This document shows, one piece after another, positions 49,972 to 63,404 of a stretch of DNA of 64,000 nucleotides. The stretch is from Sphyrna mokarran. Its lineage: Eukaryota. A program made the translations under genes and the position numbers. The stretch spans positions 96,844,001 to 96,908,000 of the forward strand of contig JAGIQG010000008.1 of assembly GCA_024679065.1 (NCBI GenBank). The letters run 5' to 3'. The first letter of the stretch is position 1, and each line of letters starts with the position of its first letter. The notes under the pieces are model-generated. The model saw only the letters and a program-made list of their open reading frames with translations, was not told where the DNA came from and made no database searches.

Positions 49972-52654
49972 CAGAATAGAGAGAATTCCTACTCTCTGCT
50001 TCCTATTAGACAACCGATTCTCTATCCAGTCTAAACCCTACCCCCAACTCCTTGCACCTTAACCTCTTGCAGCAACCTTTTGTGAGGCACCTTATTAAAC
50101 GCCTTCTGCAAATCTGAAAACACCACATCCACAGGTTCCCCTCTATCTACCGCACTAGTCACGTCCTCATAGAAGTCCAATAAATTCATCAAACACGATT
50201 TCCTCTCAACGAATCCGTGCTGTGTCTGCTTGATCAAACCATTCTTTTCTAAGTGCCTCGCTATTTCTTCTTTAATGATGGATTCAAGCGTTTTTCTGAC
50301 TACAAACGTTAAACTAACTGGCCTTTAATTCCCTGCCTTTTGCCTGCTACCTTTTTTAAACAGCGGCATAACATTAGCCACTTTCCAATCTTGAGACACT
50401 TCCGCAGAGTCCGGCAAATTTTGATAAATAATTGCTAAGGCATCCGCTATCACCTCTGCCATTTCTTTCAGAACCCTGGGATGCATTCCATTCAGTCCTG
50501 GGGACTTATCTACCTTCAGCCCCATCAATCTATCAAGCACTACCTCTTTAGTGACTAATCGCATCAAGGATCTCATCTCCTACCATCCTTCTATCTTTAA
50601 TATCCGGCAAACTATTAGTGTCCTCTTCCATGAAGACCGACACAAAAAACTTGTTTAAAGCCTCAGCCATTTCCTCATCGCCCACTGCTAAATCCCCCCT
50701 CTCGTCCTCCAAGGGGCCAACATTCACTCTAGCCAGTCTCCTCTTCTTTATATATTTGTAAAAACTTTTACTGTTGTTTTTTATGTTTAGAGCTAGTTTA
50801 GCCTCATACTCTATCTTTTCTTTCTTTATCACCTTCTTAGTCATCCTTTGTTGTTGCTTAAAACTTCCAATCTTCTAATCGCCCACTACTTTTAACCGCT
50901 CTGAACGCATCAGCTTTTAATTTAATATTTTATTCCCTTCGACAACCACGGCTGATTTTCCCTTCTCTTACAGTCCTTCTTTACCAACGGAATATATTTC
51001 TGCTGAGTACCGAAAAAGGTCTCTTTAAAAATCCTTCACTGTTCCTCAGCCATCCTACCAACCAATTTGCGCCCCCAATCTACATTCGCCAATTCCGCTC
51101 TCATCCTATCATATTCAAACAGAGTACACAGTTTCAAACAGAGTACACAGGTTCAAACAGAGTACACAGGTTCAGGACGCTACTTTCTTATCCTCCATCT
51201 GCACCAGAAATTCAACCATAAATATCATCACTGATCCCAAGAGGATCCCTCACAAGATGATCCCTAATTCTACCTGCCTTGTTACACAATACCAGATCCA
51301 AGATAGCTCGTTCTCTTGTAGGTCCTGTTACATACTGTTCAAGGAAACCATCCCAGGATTCCATTCTAGGAACTCTTCCTCAAGCCCACTGTGTTCAACT
51401 TGGGTCATCCAATCAATATGTAGATTGAAATCTCCCATAATTAACGCCGTTCTGTTCCTGCACACCTCAATTATTTATTTGTTTATAGCCTGCCCCACCT
51501 CAAAGTTATTACTGGGGGCCAATAGACCACGTCTTCCTCCCCTTACTATTCCTTACCTGTACCCACAACAATTCTATGTTTTGCTCTTTGGGGCCTATAT
51601 CTTCTCTTACTACCTCCCTGATACTATCCTTAATCAACTGAGCTACTCCACTCCCTTTTTCCTCCCGTCTATCCTTACTAAACACCTGATACCCTTGGAC
51701 ATTCAGTTTCCAGTCCCTGTCACCCTGCAGCCAAGTTTCCATAATGGTCACGAGATCATATCCACTTGCGCTGATTTGAGCCATCAGCTCATTCACTTTG
51801 TTCCAAATGCATCATGCATTCAGGTAAAGTGTCCTTACACCAGTCTTTGTCTGGACCTTATCTGCAGAAATGCTTCTAACCTCTCTCATGCCCCTACTCC
51901 TCTAATTGGCGGAATATCCTCAACATTTACCCCTCTCCTTTCCTTTAGATTTTGTAATTTCCGCCACCTCTGCACCCTCCCTCTGCCCCCTGATCAGTTT
52001 AAAGCCCTATCTACAGTCCCAGTTACATGATTCGCCAGGACTCTGGTCCCGGCACAATTCAGGTGAAGACCATCCCATCTGTACAGGTCCCATCTGCTCC
52101 AATACTGGTGCCAATGCCCCATAAATTCAAACCCATTCCTCCCACACCAATCCTTGAGCCACACATTCATTCTTTAATCCTATTTACCCTGCGCCAATTT
52201 GCGCAGGTTCAGGTAGTAATCCAAAGATAACCACTTTGTTGGTTCTCCTCTTTAATTTGGTTCCCAGATTATCGTACTCCCTCTGCAGATCCTTAGTTCC
52301 TATTTTGCCTATGTTGTTGACACCCACATGAACCACAACAACCAGATTCCTACCGTCCCACTCCAGGTTCCTCTGCAGCCCAGATGAGACATCCTGGACC
52401 CGAGCACCAGGCAGACAACGCACCCTTTAGTATTCTTTATCTTGTTGCAAAGGACAGTGTCTACGCCCCTAAATGTACTATCCCCAATTACCACTACTTT
52501 TCTCTTTAATTCTTCTGCATTGGCCTCTGTCTGCACCACTGTACTGTGGGCAGTTTGCTTGCCCACCTTGCAGCCCTCGTTCTTGTCCACACTGGAAGCA
52601 AGAATCTGAAGCCTGTTGTGCAGGCACAGGGGCTGAGGCTTTTGGGTCCCCCCT

Positions 52655-53200
52655 TCTATCCTCCCCCCTCCCCTCCTTACTCCCTCCTTCCTCCCCACAC
52701 CCCCTTCCTTCCTCCCCTCCTTCCTCCCCACACCCCCTTCTTCCTCCCTCCTTCCTCCCTACACCCTCCTCCTTCCTCCCTTCCTTCCTTCCCACACCCC
52801 TCCTTCCTCCCTTCCTTCCTCCCCACACCCCTCTCCTTCCTCCCTTCCTTCCTCCCCACACCCCTTCCTTCCTCCCCTCCTTCCTCCCTACACTCCCCTC
52901 CTTCCTCCTTCCTTCTTCCCTATACCCTCCTCCTTCCTCCCATCCTCTACCCACACCCTCCTTCTTCTCCCTTCCTCCCCACACCCCCTTCCTTCCTCCC
53001 CTCCTTCCTCCCTACACCACCCCTCCTTCCTCCCTTCCTTGCTCCCTACACCCCCTTCCTTCCTCCCTTCCTTCCTCCCCACACCCTCCTCCTTCCTCCC
53101 ATCCTTTCTACCCACACCCTCCTCCTTCCTCCCATCCTTCCTCTTCACAACCCCCTCCTTCCTCTCATCCTTCCTCCCCTCAGCAACCCCCTCTTGCCCC
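52655..53200. repeat. Polypyrimidine/polypurine low-complexity minisatellite (cttcctcccc/acaccc) inside CR1 ORF1
   Basis: ~550 bp almost devoid of G on the + strand. Confidence 0.95.
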
Positions 53201-53449
53201 CGATTTTCAGCGGAAGTCAGGTTAGGGGATTTGACTTTCTCCAGGTTATGCTCCCCCTCCCTGATGAGTCTCAGTGTCTGAAGCTCAGAGCTCAGCTCAT
53301 CTACTTTGAGCTGTAGCTCTTCAAGCAATCAGCACTTACTGCAGAAATGCTCATATGCTCATTCACTCAACTTGTCTAAATCACAATGAAGTATTTCTGC
53401 AACCTCCTCACAGCTCACCCTCCCACCCGATTTTGTGTCTGCTGCAACT

Positions 53450-55060
53450 TTGGAGATATTACATTTAGTTATAAATAGCTGGGGTCCTAGCACTGATCTC
53501 TGTGGTACACCAATAGTCACTATCTGCCGCATGGAAAAAAATTTGTTTATTCCTACACTTTGTTTCCTATTTGCCCACCAGTTTTCTTTCCAGTAAATAC
53601 ACTACCCTCAATCCCACATTCTTTAACTTACAAGTTGATCTCTTATGTGGGACTTGTTGAAAGCTTTCTAAAGTCCAAATAAATCACACATACCGCTTCC
53701 CCTCATCAATTCTACTAGTTACTTTCTCAAAGAGTTCCAGTAGATTTGTCAAGCATGGTTTTCCTTAAATAAATCCATCCTGACTCTATCTGATCCTACC
53801 ACTGTTTGTCAAGTGCTCTGCTATTAAATCTTTTATAATGGACTCTAGCATTTTCCTCACCTCCAATGTTAGGCTGACTGGTTTATAATTCCCTGTTTTC
53901 TCTCTATCCCCCTGTTTAAATAGTTGAGCTACATTAGAAATCTTCCAATACACAGGAACTGATCGATAGTCTATCGAACCTTGACAATGGCCTCCATCAT
54001 CCATTATTTCCAGGGCCACTTCCTTCAATACTCTGGGATGCAGATTATCAGACCCTGGGGGTCTATTGATCTTCAATCTGATCAATTTCCCCAAAAGCAT
54101 TTCCCTACTAATACTTAATTCCTTCAGTTCCTCCTTCTCAATAAACCCTGTGTTCCCCAATATTTCTGGTATATTATTTGACCCCCTTTGTGAAGACAGA
54201 ACCAAAAATTGTCTTTAGTTGTCATTTGGCCATTTCTTTGTTCTCTATTATAAATTGCCCTGTTTTTCACATATCTGTGCAGGTTTTTACAGTCAGTTTT
54301 TATTTACACTATAAGTTTGCTTTTGTACTCTATTTTCCCCTTCTTATTCAATCCCTTTGTCCTCCTTTGCTGACTTCTAAACTGCTCCAAATCCTCAGGT
54401 CTGCAATTTTTTTGTTTCTGGCCAATTTGTATGCCTCTTACTTGGATATTGTAATATCTCTAATTTCTTTTGTAATCCATGGTTTGGCCACCTTTCCCAT
54501 TTCATTTTTGCCCCAGACAGGAATGAACGATTGTTGCAGTTTCCCCATGCGCTCTTTGAATGTTTGCCATTGTCTATCCACCATCATCCCTTCAAGCAAC
54601 ATACGCCCCCAATCCATGTTAGCCAACTCATGCCTCATGCCATTATAGCTTGCTTTACTTATATTTAGGACTCTAAACTCAGAATCAACTTCTTCACTCT
54701 CCATTTTGATGAAGAATTCAATCATGTTTTGAGCACTCATGCTCATGAACCCTGACACAACTAGATTGTCAATTATTTATTTCTTTTTACACAATTCCCA
54801 ATCTAGAATGGCCTGGCCTGTTTTCTAGTTAGTTCTTCAACATACTGGTCCAGCAACCCATCCTGTATACACTCTAGGAATTCCTCCTCTATTGTATTGT
54901 TACTCATTTGATTTTCCATAATCTATATGCAGATTAAAGTCACCCATATTATTAGATGTATCTTTATTGCATGCACTTCTAATTATTTAATTCTATCTCC
55001 AACATCACCACGATAGTTGGGGGCGGGAGAACTGCATACAACCTCCAATAACTTTTTTGT
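53450..55060 (-). mobile_element. Older CR1 fragment (APE to RT)
   Basis: LHPRVLKEVA, GNYKPVSLT, KPWIT. Confidence 0.88.
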
Positions 55061-56338
55061 CCCTTGGGCAAGTTGACACACGAAATGTTAATAAACAAGA
55101 CAAGAATTTAGAATAATATGTTAGCATGGATATAGAATTAGGTAACAGCCTGGAAGCAATGAGTAAGGCTGCAAAGGATATTTTCAAGTTGGCAGGCAGT
55201 GGCAAGGATCAGTGCTGGAGCCTTAGATATCAATGATAATCACTCTGTCAGAAAGTAATATATTGAATTTTTCTGATGATACAAATATATATGAGAATAC
55301 AACTGTAGAAGGACACAAAGAGACTGCAAAGAGATGTAGAAATGATAAATGAGTGGACAATAAGAGGCCAGATAGAGTATTATATGGGAAATTGTGAGGT
55401 TATTCATTTGGTTGTAAAAATAGAAAAGCAGACTATTATTAAAAGGAGTGAAACCTGTGAATTTCAATGTTCAGAAGAACTTGTTTATCTCTTAAATGGA
55501 ATACTGGATGGTAGCATGCAGGTACATAAGGCAATTAGGAACGCAAATGGCATGTTAAACTTTATTGAGACGGGATGTGACAGATCACCTCTCATTCTTC
55601 TAAACTCCCAATTACATAAACACAATTTACCAAGCCTCATCTCACAGGAAAACCCTCTTATCCCAGGGAAAGATCCAATGACCCTTCGCTCTCTACCTCC
55701 AATGCACTTCCTTATTACTTTGTGACAGAGATTGATGACTTATATGGTGAGTGGGTTGCCTAGCCAATTCATAATTAGGTTTACTTGCAAATTAATGTAA
55801 TTTATAATTCATAATTGGCCACAATTGTCCTGTTAGAAACATAGAAAATGGAGTAGAATTAGTCGATTCGGCCCATCAAACCTGATGTGATATTCAATAT
55901 GATCATGGTTGATCCTCTAGCTCAACACCATATACACATTTTTTCCCTATGCCCCTTGAGGTCTTCAGTGTCTAGAAATCTATATGTTTCTTAAATAGAA
56001 TCAGTGAGTGACTTGGCCTCCACAGACTTTTGTGATAGAAAATTCCACCACCCTCAGAATGAAGACGTTTCTCCTGACGTCATTCCTGCGTTAATTCATA
56101 ATTAACTGATTTTGAGTGTATTGAAAGTCATCTAAGTTAGTATTTAGTGTTTGTTTTGCTTGACTCTTGTATAGTAATTTTTGTCAGTTACACACTGTGG
56201 AACCCTATGGAAAATACCAGAGATTTTGGATTTTTTTTGAAAACAAGTTCCTGGCAGCCCGGCCAAATCCTAACAATAACTTAATAAGAAGGTATTTTTA
56301 TATCAGTTACTGTTTTAAAATATTAAATTATTTTAAAG

Positions 56339-56677
56339 GATCTTTAAAATTGGAGATATTTCCCTCACCACTGGAAGTTTCAGCAAATGAAGATGCTCTT
56401 CTAATGTGCAAATTTGATAAACCAGAATACGACCTCACACATGTAGCAGTTCGATGGGCTTTTGCATCATATACAAACCAGAAAGATATGTATATATTTG
56501 ACGGAGGAGATCATTACCCAAAGAGAAATGGAGCAAAGATGTTCAACGACGCTTTACGGAAAGGAAATGCTTCACTTTACCTTCCAAATGTACAACTTGA
56601 TGAAGCAGGAGAATATACCTGCACGGTCATTGTTACTCCACAAAAAGAACAAAAGAGTTCAGTGATGCAAGTATCTG
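56339..56677 (+). CDS. NCR3LG1: B7-H6 (NCR3LG1)-like, exon 2, IgV domain
   Basis: aag|GA..TCTG|gtaaga, 339 nt; LMCKF..VRW..GNASLYLPNVQLDEAGEYTCTVIVTPQKEQ ~ human B7-H6 [30 protein letters not shown]. Confidence 0.92.
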
Positions 56678-56814
56678 GTAAGAGAGACTAAATCATTTTC
56701 TAATATGATAAATAGCTGATACACACATAGTATTGGCAGGTACTGCTCTAAGTAATAATATTTGTTTGCAATCTACAAAAGGTAATAATGCATTTCAAAC
56801 ATTAAACTTTTAGT

Positions 56815-57190
56815 GGGTGAATGGCATGGTGGCAGAGTGGTTAGCACTGCTGCCTGACAGTGCCAGGGGACTTGGGTTCAATTCGGGTCTTGAGTGATTG
56901 TGCTGTGTTAGCACATTCTTCCCATGTCTGCATGGGTTTCCTTTGGGTGCCCCAGTTTCCTCCTAACTCCAAAGATGTGTGGATTGGTCATGGTAAATTG
57001 CCCCTTAGTGTCCAAAGATGTGCAGATTGGGTGGGTTAGGCGTGGTAGATGTGTGGGGTGTTGGGGATGGGACTGCAGGGACAAGGGGGCTGTTCTTGGT
57101 AAAATGCTGTTGCAGAGAGTTGCTGCAGACTTGATGGGCTGAATGGCCTCCTTCTGCTCTGTAGGGATTCTATGGTTTTATGGTTCTAGT
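56815..57190 (+). mobile_element. HE1-type SINE
   Basis: ggcatggtggcagagtggttagcactgctgcc..gggttcaattc..gtagggattctatg. Confidence 0.85.
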
Positions 57191-57687
57191 TCGCTTGGTG
57201 AATCTGAATTCGCCAGATAGTAATACAATCACAAAGACTGCAGTTTTTACCTTGTTGCATTGGCTGAGGCAGCTATACTAAGATTACAAAGGACAATGTG
57301 AATCTTGAATGGGGCATCGAACAGAACTTCTTTGATTAAATAAATGCTTGACTCTGAAAACCTATAGTGACGATATTGGGGGCGATCTTACCAGAATTTG
57401 GCACATTCACAATTCTGATGGGAACACTTGTGGCAAACCTTCCAGCTTCACTGGTCTGTTTTATTTTCAGGGCTTGTCACTTTAACACTTAAAAAAGCAG
57501 AGTGGGCAGGGTTTGTGCCATTGCTGTAGTGGGCAGGGATTCGTAGAGTTGGGAACTATCTCCACAGTGACTAGGTGCCCTGATCCTAAATAAGATCCCA
57601 TCCTCACCACAGAGGTATCTGGGGTCTCCTCCTCCCCCCACCACCAGAGGTATGTGGGGCCTTTGTGGGTATAGTCTTTTGCTCTGT

Positions 57688-57985
57688 TCCCTCACAGTGC
57701 CGTGGATCTGGGTTCGATTCCCAACTTAAGTGGCCGTCTGTGTGGAGCTTGCACAATCTCCCCGTGTCTGAGTGGCTTTCCTCTGGGTCCTCCGGTTTCC
57801 TCCCACAGTCGAAAGAAGTGCGGGTTAGGTGGATTGGCATGCTAAATTGCTTCTCAGTATTAGGGGTACTAACTTTGGTAAATGCATGGGGTTGTGGGGA
57901 TAGAGCCTAGGTGGGATTCTGGTCAGTGCAGATTCGTTGGGCTGAATGGCCTCTTTCTGCAGTTTAGTGATTCTATGATTCTGTG
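57688..57985 (+). mobile_element. HE1-type SINE (5'-truncated)
   Basis: cctcacagtgcc..gggttcgattccc..ggtttcctcccacagtc..gattctatgattct. Confidence 0.8.
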
Positions 57986-58386
57986 AACCTGATTATTCAC
58001 CAGTGAGGGGCGAGGAAAATCAGAAATTTCCATCTTGCCAATCGAATTAGCGATTTCCAGTTTACTCTGGATTTTGAAATCCCTTTGATGATCTTGTGCA
58101 CAGAGAAGGTGGGCTCATGATCCCGCCCAGAGTAAATAAAAATAAGGAAATGGGGAAATGTTGAATAATGACTTTGCAACAATCTTTGTAGGAGAAAAAT
58201 ACAAGAATAGCTTGTCAGACGTCCCAAAGGAACACTAGGAAGTAAAGAATTAAATCAATGTGGTAGCTTTTCAGGTACAGCAGCTGGAATGCAGAATTCA
58301 GATCTCTCAAAATAAGAAACTGCAACATCCAGTTTGATCTGTAATGTTGTATTAACAGCTTACATATCCTGTTCTCTTTCACACAG

Positions 58387-58701
58387 TCCAGCCAAAAGTC
58401 AATATGTACCAACAAGAAATCACCATTGCAGATGGTACAGGGCACTTCTTGGTATGTGATGTGAAGGAATTTTATCCTAAACAAGTCAATATTAATTGGT
58501 TAATGCTATCAGAAGGAAAAAAGGAATATATTTCAAAAAATCAGTCCATTGAAGATTTAGTTACGAACAGTGATGGAACATTTAGTGTTTCCAGTAAAAT
58601 AAGAATTGAACCAACGTTGGATGATCGCATTAAGTATACATGTGTGGTGAAGCATAAAACCTTTCTTGGCAATTTTACACTGGATTCCGACCAAGATGAA
58701 G
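58387..58701 (+). CDS. NCR3LG1: B7-H6 (NCR3LG1)-like, exon 3, IgC1 domain
   Basis: cag|TC..GAAG|gtaagg, 315 nt; LVCDVKEFYPKQVNINW..NSDGTFSVSS..YTCVVKH (C1-set). Confidence 0.92.
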
Positions 58702-58844
58702 GTAAGGTTTGTTTAGAGAAGATTGCAAGTTTTTCTCAATTTTTTTTTAACAATAATGAAGCTCCCAATTAGATTTCTCTTACATAACATCCATTGTTAC
58801 AAATTATCTGCTTTTGGTACAAGCATTTTTTTTAAAAAAAGGAC

Positions 58845-59182
58845 TCATTGAATCCCTACAGTGAAGGAAAAGGCCTTTCAGCCCTTCAAGTCTACACCAA
58901 CTCTCCAACACAGCATCATACCCAGGTCCTATCTCTGTAACCCTACATACTTACCCAACTAATACCCCTAACTGCACATCTAAGGACACTAAGGAGCAAT
59001 TTAGCAAGGCCAATTCACCTATCCTGTACGTCTCTGGACTTTGGGAGGAAACTGGAGCATCCAGAGGAAACCCATGGAGACAGGGGCAAATGTACAAACT
59101 CAATACAGACAGTTACCCAAGACTGGAATTGAACCTTGATCCCTGGCACTGTGAAGCAGCAGTGCTCACCATTGTGCCGCCC
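58845..59182 (-). mobile_element. HE1-type SINE
   Basis: Minus strand gggcggcacaatggtgagcactgctgcttcacagtgccaggga. Confidence 0.8.
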
Positions 59183-59909
59183 TGGTGAGAATCACACAGC
59201 CAGTTGGAAGTGCAGGGCCCAAACATGTAAGTAATGCTGAGATTCTAAGATCAAGAGTACCCTGATCCCAAAGTTAAAATTAAGCAGCCCCACAAAAGGA
59301 TATTGACTCCCCCACCCCCACATAGAAATCGGGAGCTCCCACAGACAGAGGGATTTTGCCCCATGAATAGAGGGACTCCCCTGCATGTACATTGGGACAT
59401 CTCCCACAGAAATTGGGACATCCCAGCAGACAAGGGAAACACCACCAAGCCCCACATGCACAACAGCCTGTCCCCAACACCCCCCTTCTCCATGAAAAAG
59501 GGAAAACCCTCCCCAAACACAGACGGGGAACCTCTCTCCCATATGGAAATGGGTAATTCCTCCTGCGTGTACTCCTTGTCAGTGCCTGCTGGATGTGACC
59601 CTTTTGGATGTGCCAGGGTGTCAGGTGCAGTGCCTAGGCAAGCCCCTCAACCCATAGAACCCACAGGCATCTCTGCGTCCCCAGCAATAGTGATTTGTGC
59701 TGACGTAACATCACGCCGCGGGTGGAGGGAGTGGATGCTGTTACAGTATCAGGCCCATTACTTAGAATAAAATGTATTTAAATTTATGCAAATTCTCACT
59801 GGGCATGAATCTGATTACAGTCGGCAATGGGAGTTGGGTGGGCATTGGGAACATCTTAAACTGAGATCTCTTGGTACAAATCCCATTTGTGACCACTTTA
59901 GCCACCATT

Positions 59910-62205
59910 ACAAAGAACAAAGAACAAAACAGTACGGGAAACAGGCTCTTCGGCCCAACGAGCCCGTGCCGCCACCCCGATGTTCCCACCTCTACCTGTG
60001 ATCCCTGTCTATGTTTATAGATCTATGGATTAAAAACCAAATTTGAGACAATTTAGGGAAAATTCGTTTTGCCAATTAGCCTAAGAGCAAATCTTTGGGA
60101 TGTGGGAGGAAACCAGAGCACCCGGAGAAAACCCATGCAAGCATGGGGAGAATGCGCAAACTCCCACAGATACAGGCTCAAATCCATGTATCTGCACAGC
60201 ACAGCGATAGTCACTGAGCTGTCGTGTTGCCCATCAAATGGTCCAGGTCAAGCGTACACTAACAACGTGAAGCACTAGGATACTCCCGAAAAAAAATCCA
60301 AGAGTAGTCCTCTCACGACCCATTGCGTGTATACCCCTTGTTAGATAACAAGGTGGACCAAAGCACCTGTAGGATAAAAACAAGTACATCAATATCATCA
60401 TCTATTTACACACTTCCCAAGGCTCATGATCCCTATTTTAAATCAGTTTTCTATACCCCTCCATTCCCATTCTGTTCATGTGCCCATCTAAGTATTTCTT
60501 AAATAACTCCAGAGTACCTGCCTCCACCACTTTACTTGGCAGCGCATTCCATACCCCCACCACCTTCTGTGTGAAAAAACTCCCTCTAGCATCCAAATTA
60601 TACCTTACCCCCCTCACCCTAAGCCCGTGACCCTTCGTGCTATTTGAGTCCATCCTAGGAAAAAGCTTAACCCTGTTTACTCTATCTATACCCCTCATAG
60701 TCTTGTACACCTCTATTAGATCTCCTCTAAGTCTACGTCTTTCTAAGGAAAACAGTCCCAATTTGCCTAATCTCTCCTCGTAACTCAGACCTTCCATACC
60801 AGGCAGCATCCTGGTAAACCTCCTCTGCACTCTCTCCAGAGTCTCCACGTCCTTCCGGTAGTAAGGCGACCAGAACTGGACGCAGTATTCCAAATGAGGT
60901 CTAACCAACGTTTTATACAACTGCAACATTAAAGGCCAGCTCTTGTACTCTATACCCCTTCCTATAAAGGCTAGCATACTATATGCTTTTTTCACAACCT
61001 TCTCCACCTGCTCTGCCACCTTCAGAGACTTGTTCACCTGCACCCCCAGGTCCCTCTGCATTTCTATACTCTTAATAGGTCTACCCTTTATCACATAACT
61101 CCCCCTTACATTTTTTCTCCCGAAATGCATCACCTCACATTTATCAAGATTGAACTCCATCTGCCATCTATCTGCCCAAGCGACCAGCCTATTTATGTCC
61201 TGCTGCATCGCCTGACAATGCTCCTCACTATCCGCAAATCCAGCCATCTTTGTATCATCTGCAAACTTGCTGATCACTCCACTTACTCCCTCTTCCAAGT
61301 CATTTACATATATTACAAATAGAAGAGGTCCCAGTACCGAGCCCTGTGGCACACCACTAGTGACAACCTCCAGCTAGAAAAACACCCTTCCACTATTACT
61401 CTTTGTCTCCTATTATCAAGCCAGTTACTTATCCATCTAGCTACTTGTCCTTGTATCCCATGAGCCTTGACCTTCTCAACTAACCTCCCATGAGGGACTT
61501 TGTCAAACACCTTACTAAAATCCATATAGACGACATCAACGGCTCGCCCTTCGTCCACCGTTTTCGTCACCTCCTCAAAAAACTCTACCAGATTTATAAG
61601 GCACGACCTCCCCTTAACAAATCCATGCTGTGTATCCCTAATCAGATCGCAACGGTCTAAGTGCCTATACATCCTATCTCTAAGAATCCCCTCCAACAGC
61701 TTCCCTACCACTGACGTCAAACTCACTGCCCTATAATTTCCAGGGTTATCCCTACTACTCTTTTTAAACAACGGTACAACATTAGCTATTCTCCAGTCCT
61801 CTGGGACCTCACCTGTGTCCAAGGAAGAGACAAAGATTTGCGTCAGAGGCCCAGCAATTTCACCTCGCACCTCCCTATGCAGCCTGGGATAAATGCCATC
61901 AGGTCCCGGAGATTTATCAGTTTTAATGCTACCTAGAAGCTCTAACACTTCCTCCCTCGGTATGGATATTTCCCTCAACTGGTCCACAGCTCCCTCAGAG
62001 ACAGGAGCTGTCAACAAGCCCCTCTCCTTCGTGAATACCGACGCAAAGTATTCATTCAGGATCTCCGCCATTCCCTCGGGCTCTAAGCACAGTTCCCCTC
62101 CTCTGTCCCTAAGAGGTCCGATTTTTCCTCTAACCACCCTTTTATTCCTAACATAGTAGTAAAAAGCCTTTGGATTTTCCTTAATCCTATCCGCCAAAAT
62201 TATTT
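59910..62205 (-). mobile_element. Young 5'-truncated CR1; RT split by one frameshift (~61345); 3' UTR interrupted at ~60000-60430
   Basis: 302-aa and 304-aa overlapping RT ORFs; (agaacaa)n tail at ~59911. Confidence 0.96.
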
Positions 62206-63404
62206 CAGGATTTGTGATCATGGCTAATGTGGTTGTTAACTTGCAACCTTTGTTTTGGAATTTATTATTTGTGTGGACATGTCAGTAATTGAAGTTTGAA
62301 ATGATCACCTTATTCCTTGCTCTACTATTCCATGTGTTTCTCCCTTTATTTCGATCTCAATCTTTTGGTTTTCCTCATCCAGCTCTTTAAAGGATTTGTA
62401 TCACCCTGACACAGATCCCTAGTTCATACACAACAAGTTTACATATCACTGTTTGATGAAAAGGGAATGTCAAAGGCAGGTATGCAATTACACTGCATAG
62501 ACTCTGAACTTCGTACTGGAGTTGATCACTAAACACTGATTATGGTTAGAGTTCGACCAGCGTCCTTGCTCCTCCTTATCTGATAAAAGATAGAAATTTT
62601 AAAATTTTGTTGGAAGGGGGAGGGGCTGCTGAAGAATTCTTAAATAGGCAGAGCAAACAGCTGCTCTACACATTGTAAGGACATTTTTCATAGTGGGTCC
62701 TTCAACAAGCATTAGACTCCTAAGCAACAAATCCAAAGGACCTGGTGCCTGTTATAGCAATCTCGACTAAAAAGTTTGTTTCAGACTAAATGTGCCAGAG
62801 CAGTGTGCATTTCACATGGATATGTGGGTTGGAATTTTACTGTCCTGCCCACCACGGAAATCAGTGCAGGCAAGAGGCATTCCATGGAAAGATGCATTGA
62901 CTTCAGGCAGGATTTTACGGCTTCAGGATGAGCAAGGCTGTAAAATCCTGCACATAATGTATACCAATTTCCTGACCTCTTTTTCAAGTAAATAATCAGA
63001 TCTGATTGATAGAATGGGGCATATACGTCTTCTAATGATTATATACAAATTGTGCAATTATTTATTGTCAAGTTTTCTGAGATTGATTTATAATTTATAC
63101 TTTAACAGAACATATACCGAAAGGAGCAATCATCGGAGGGATCTGTGGCTTTGCTGTATTATGTGTAGTGTGTTTAGGAGTTTATTGCTGGATCAAAAAA
63201 TGTAAAGGTACAGTCCTTTTCATTTCCAAAAAGAAGAACTATAAATGCTAAAATAAGAATTACCTGGATTTTGGATTTTTAAAGTCACTTTGCTTAAAGA
63301 AGTTGACTATCTGTTGTTAATGTACTCAGCTACAGAAAGGTAATGATTTCTTGGCAAGTAATCGCAATTATTGAATTGCTTTGTTTCTCTAACATTGGTT
63401 TCAG

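Larger units (their letters stand above)
48762..53345 (-). mobile_element. Near-full-length decayed CR1 (ORF1 SGNH esterase, APE, RT)
   Basis: VVIGDS, CLPGARVQDV, VVVHVG (ORF1); METWL, GSGVA (APE); KSPG, QHGF, FADD (RT). Confidence 0.93.

Noticed and set aside
52473-53328. Proline-rich and Gly/Arg/Glu-rich ORFs (extensin-like)
   Set aside because: Artefacts of the stop-free low-complexity tract
56815-56900. tRNA gene
   Set aside because: The A/B boxes belong to a tRNA-derived SINE head followed by SINE body
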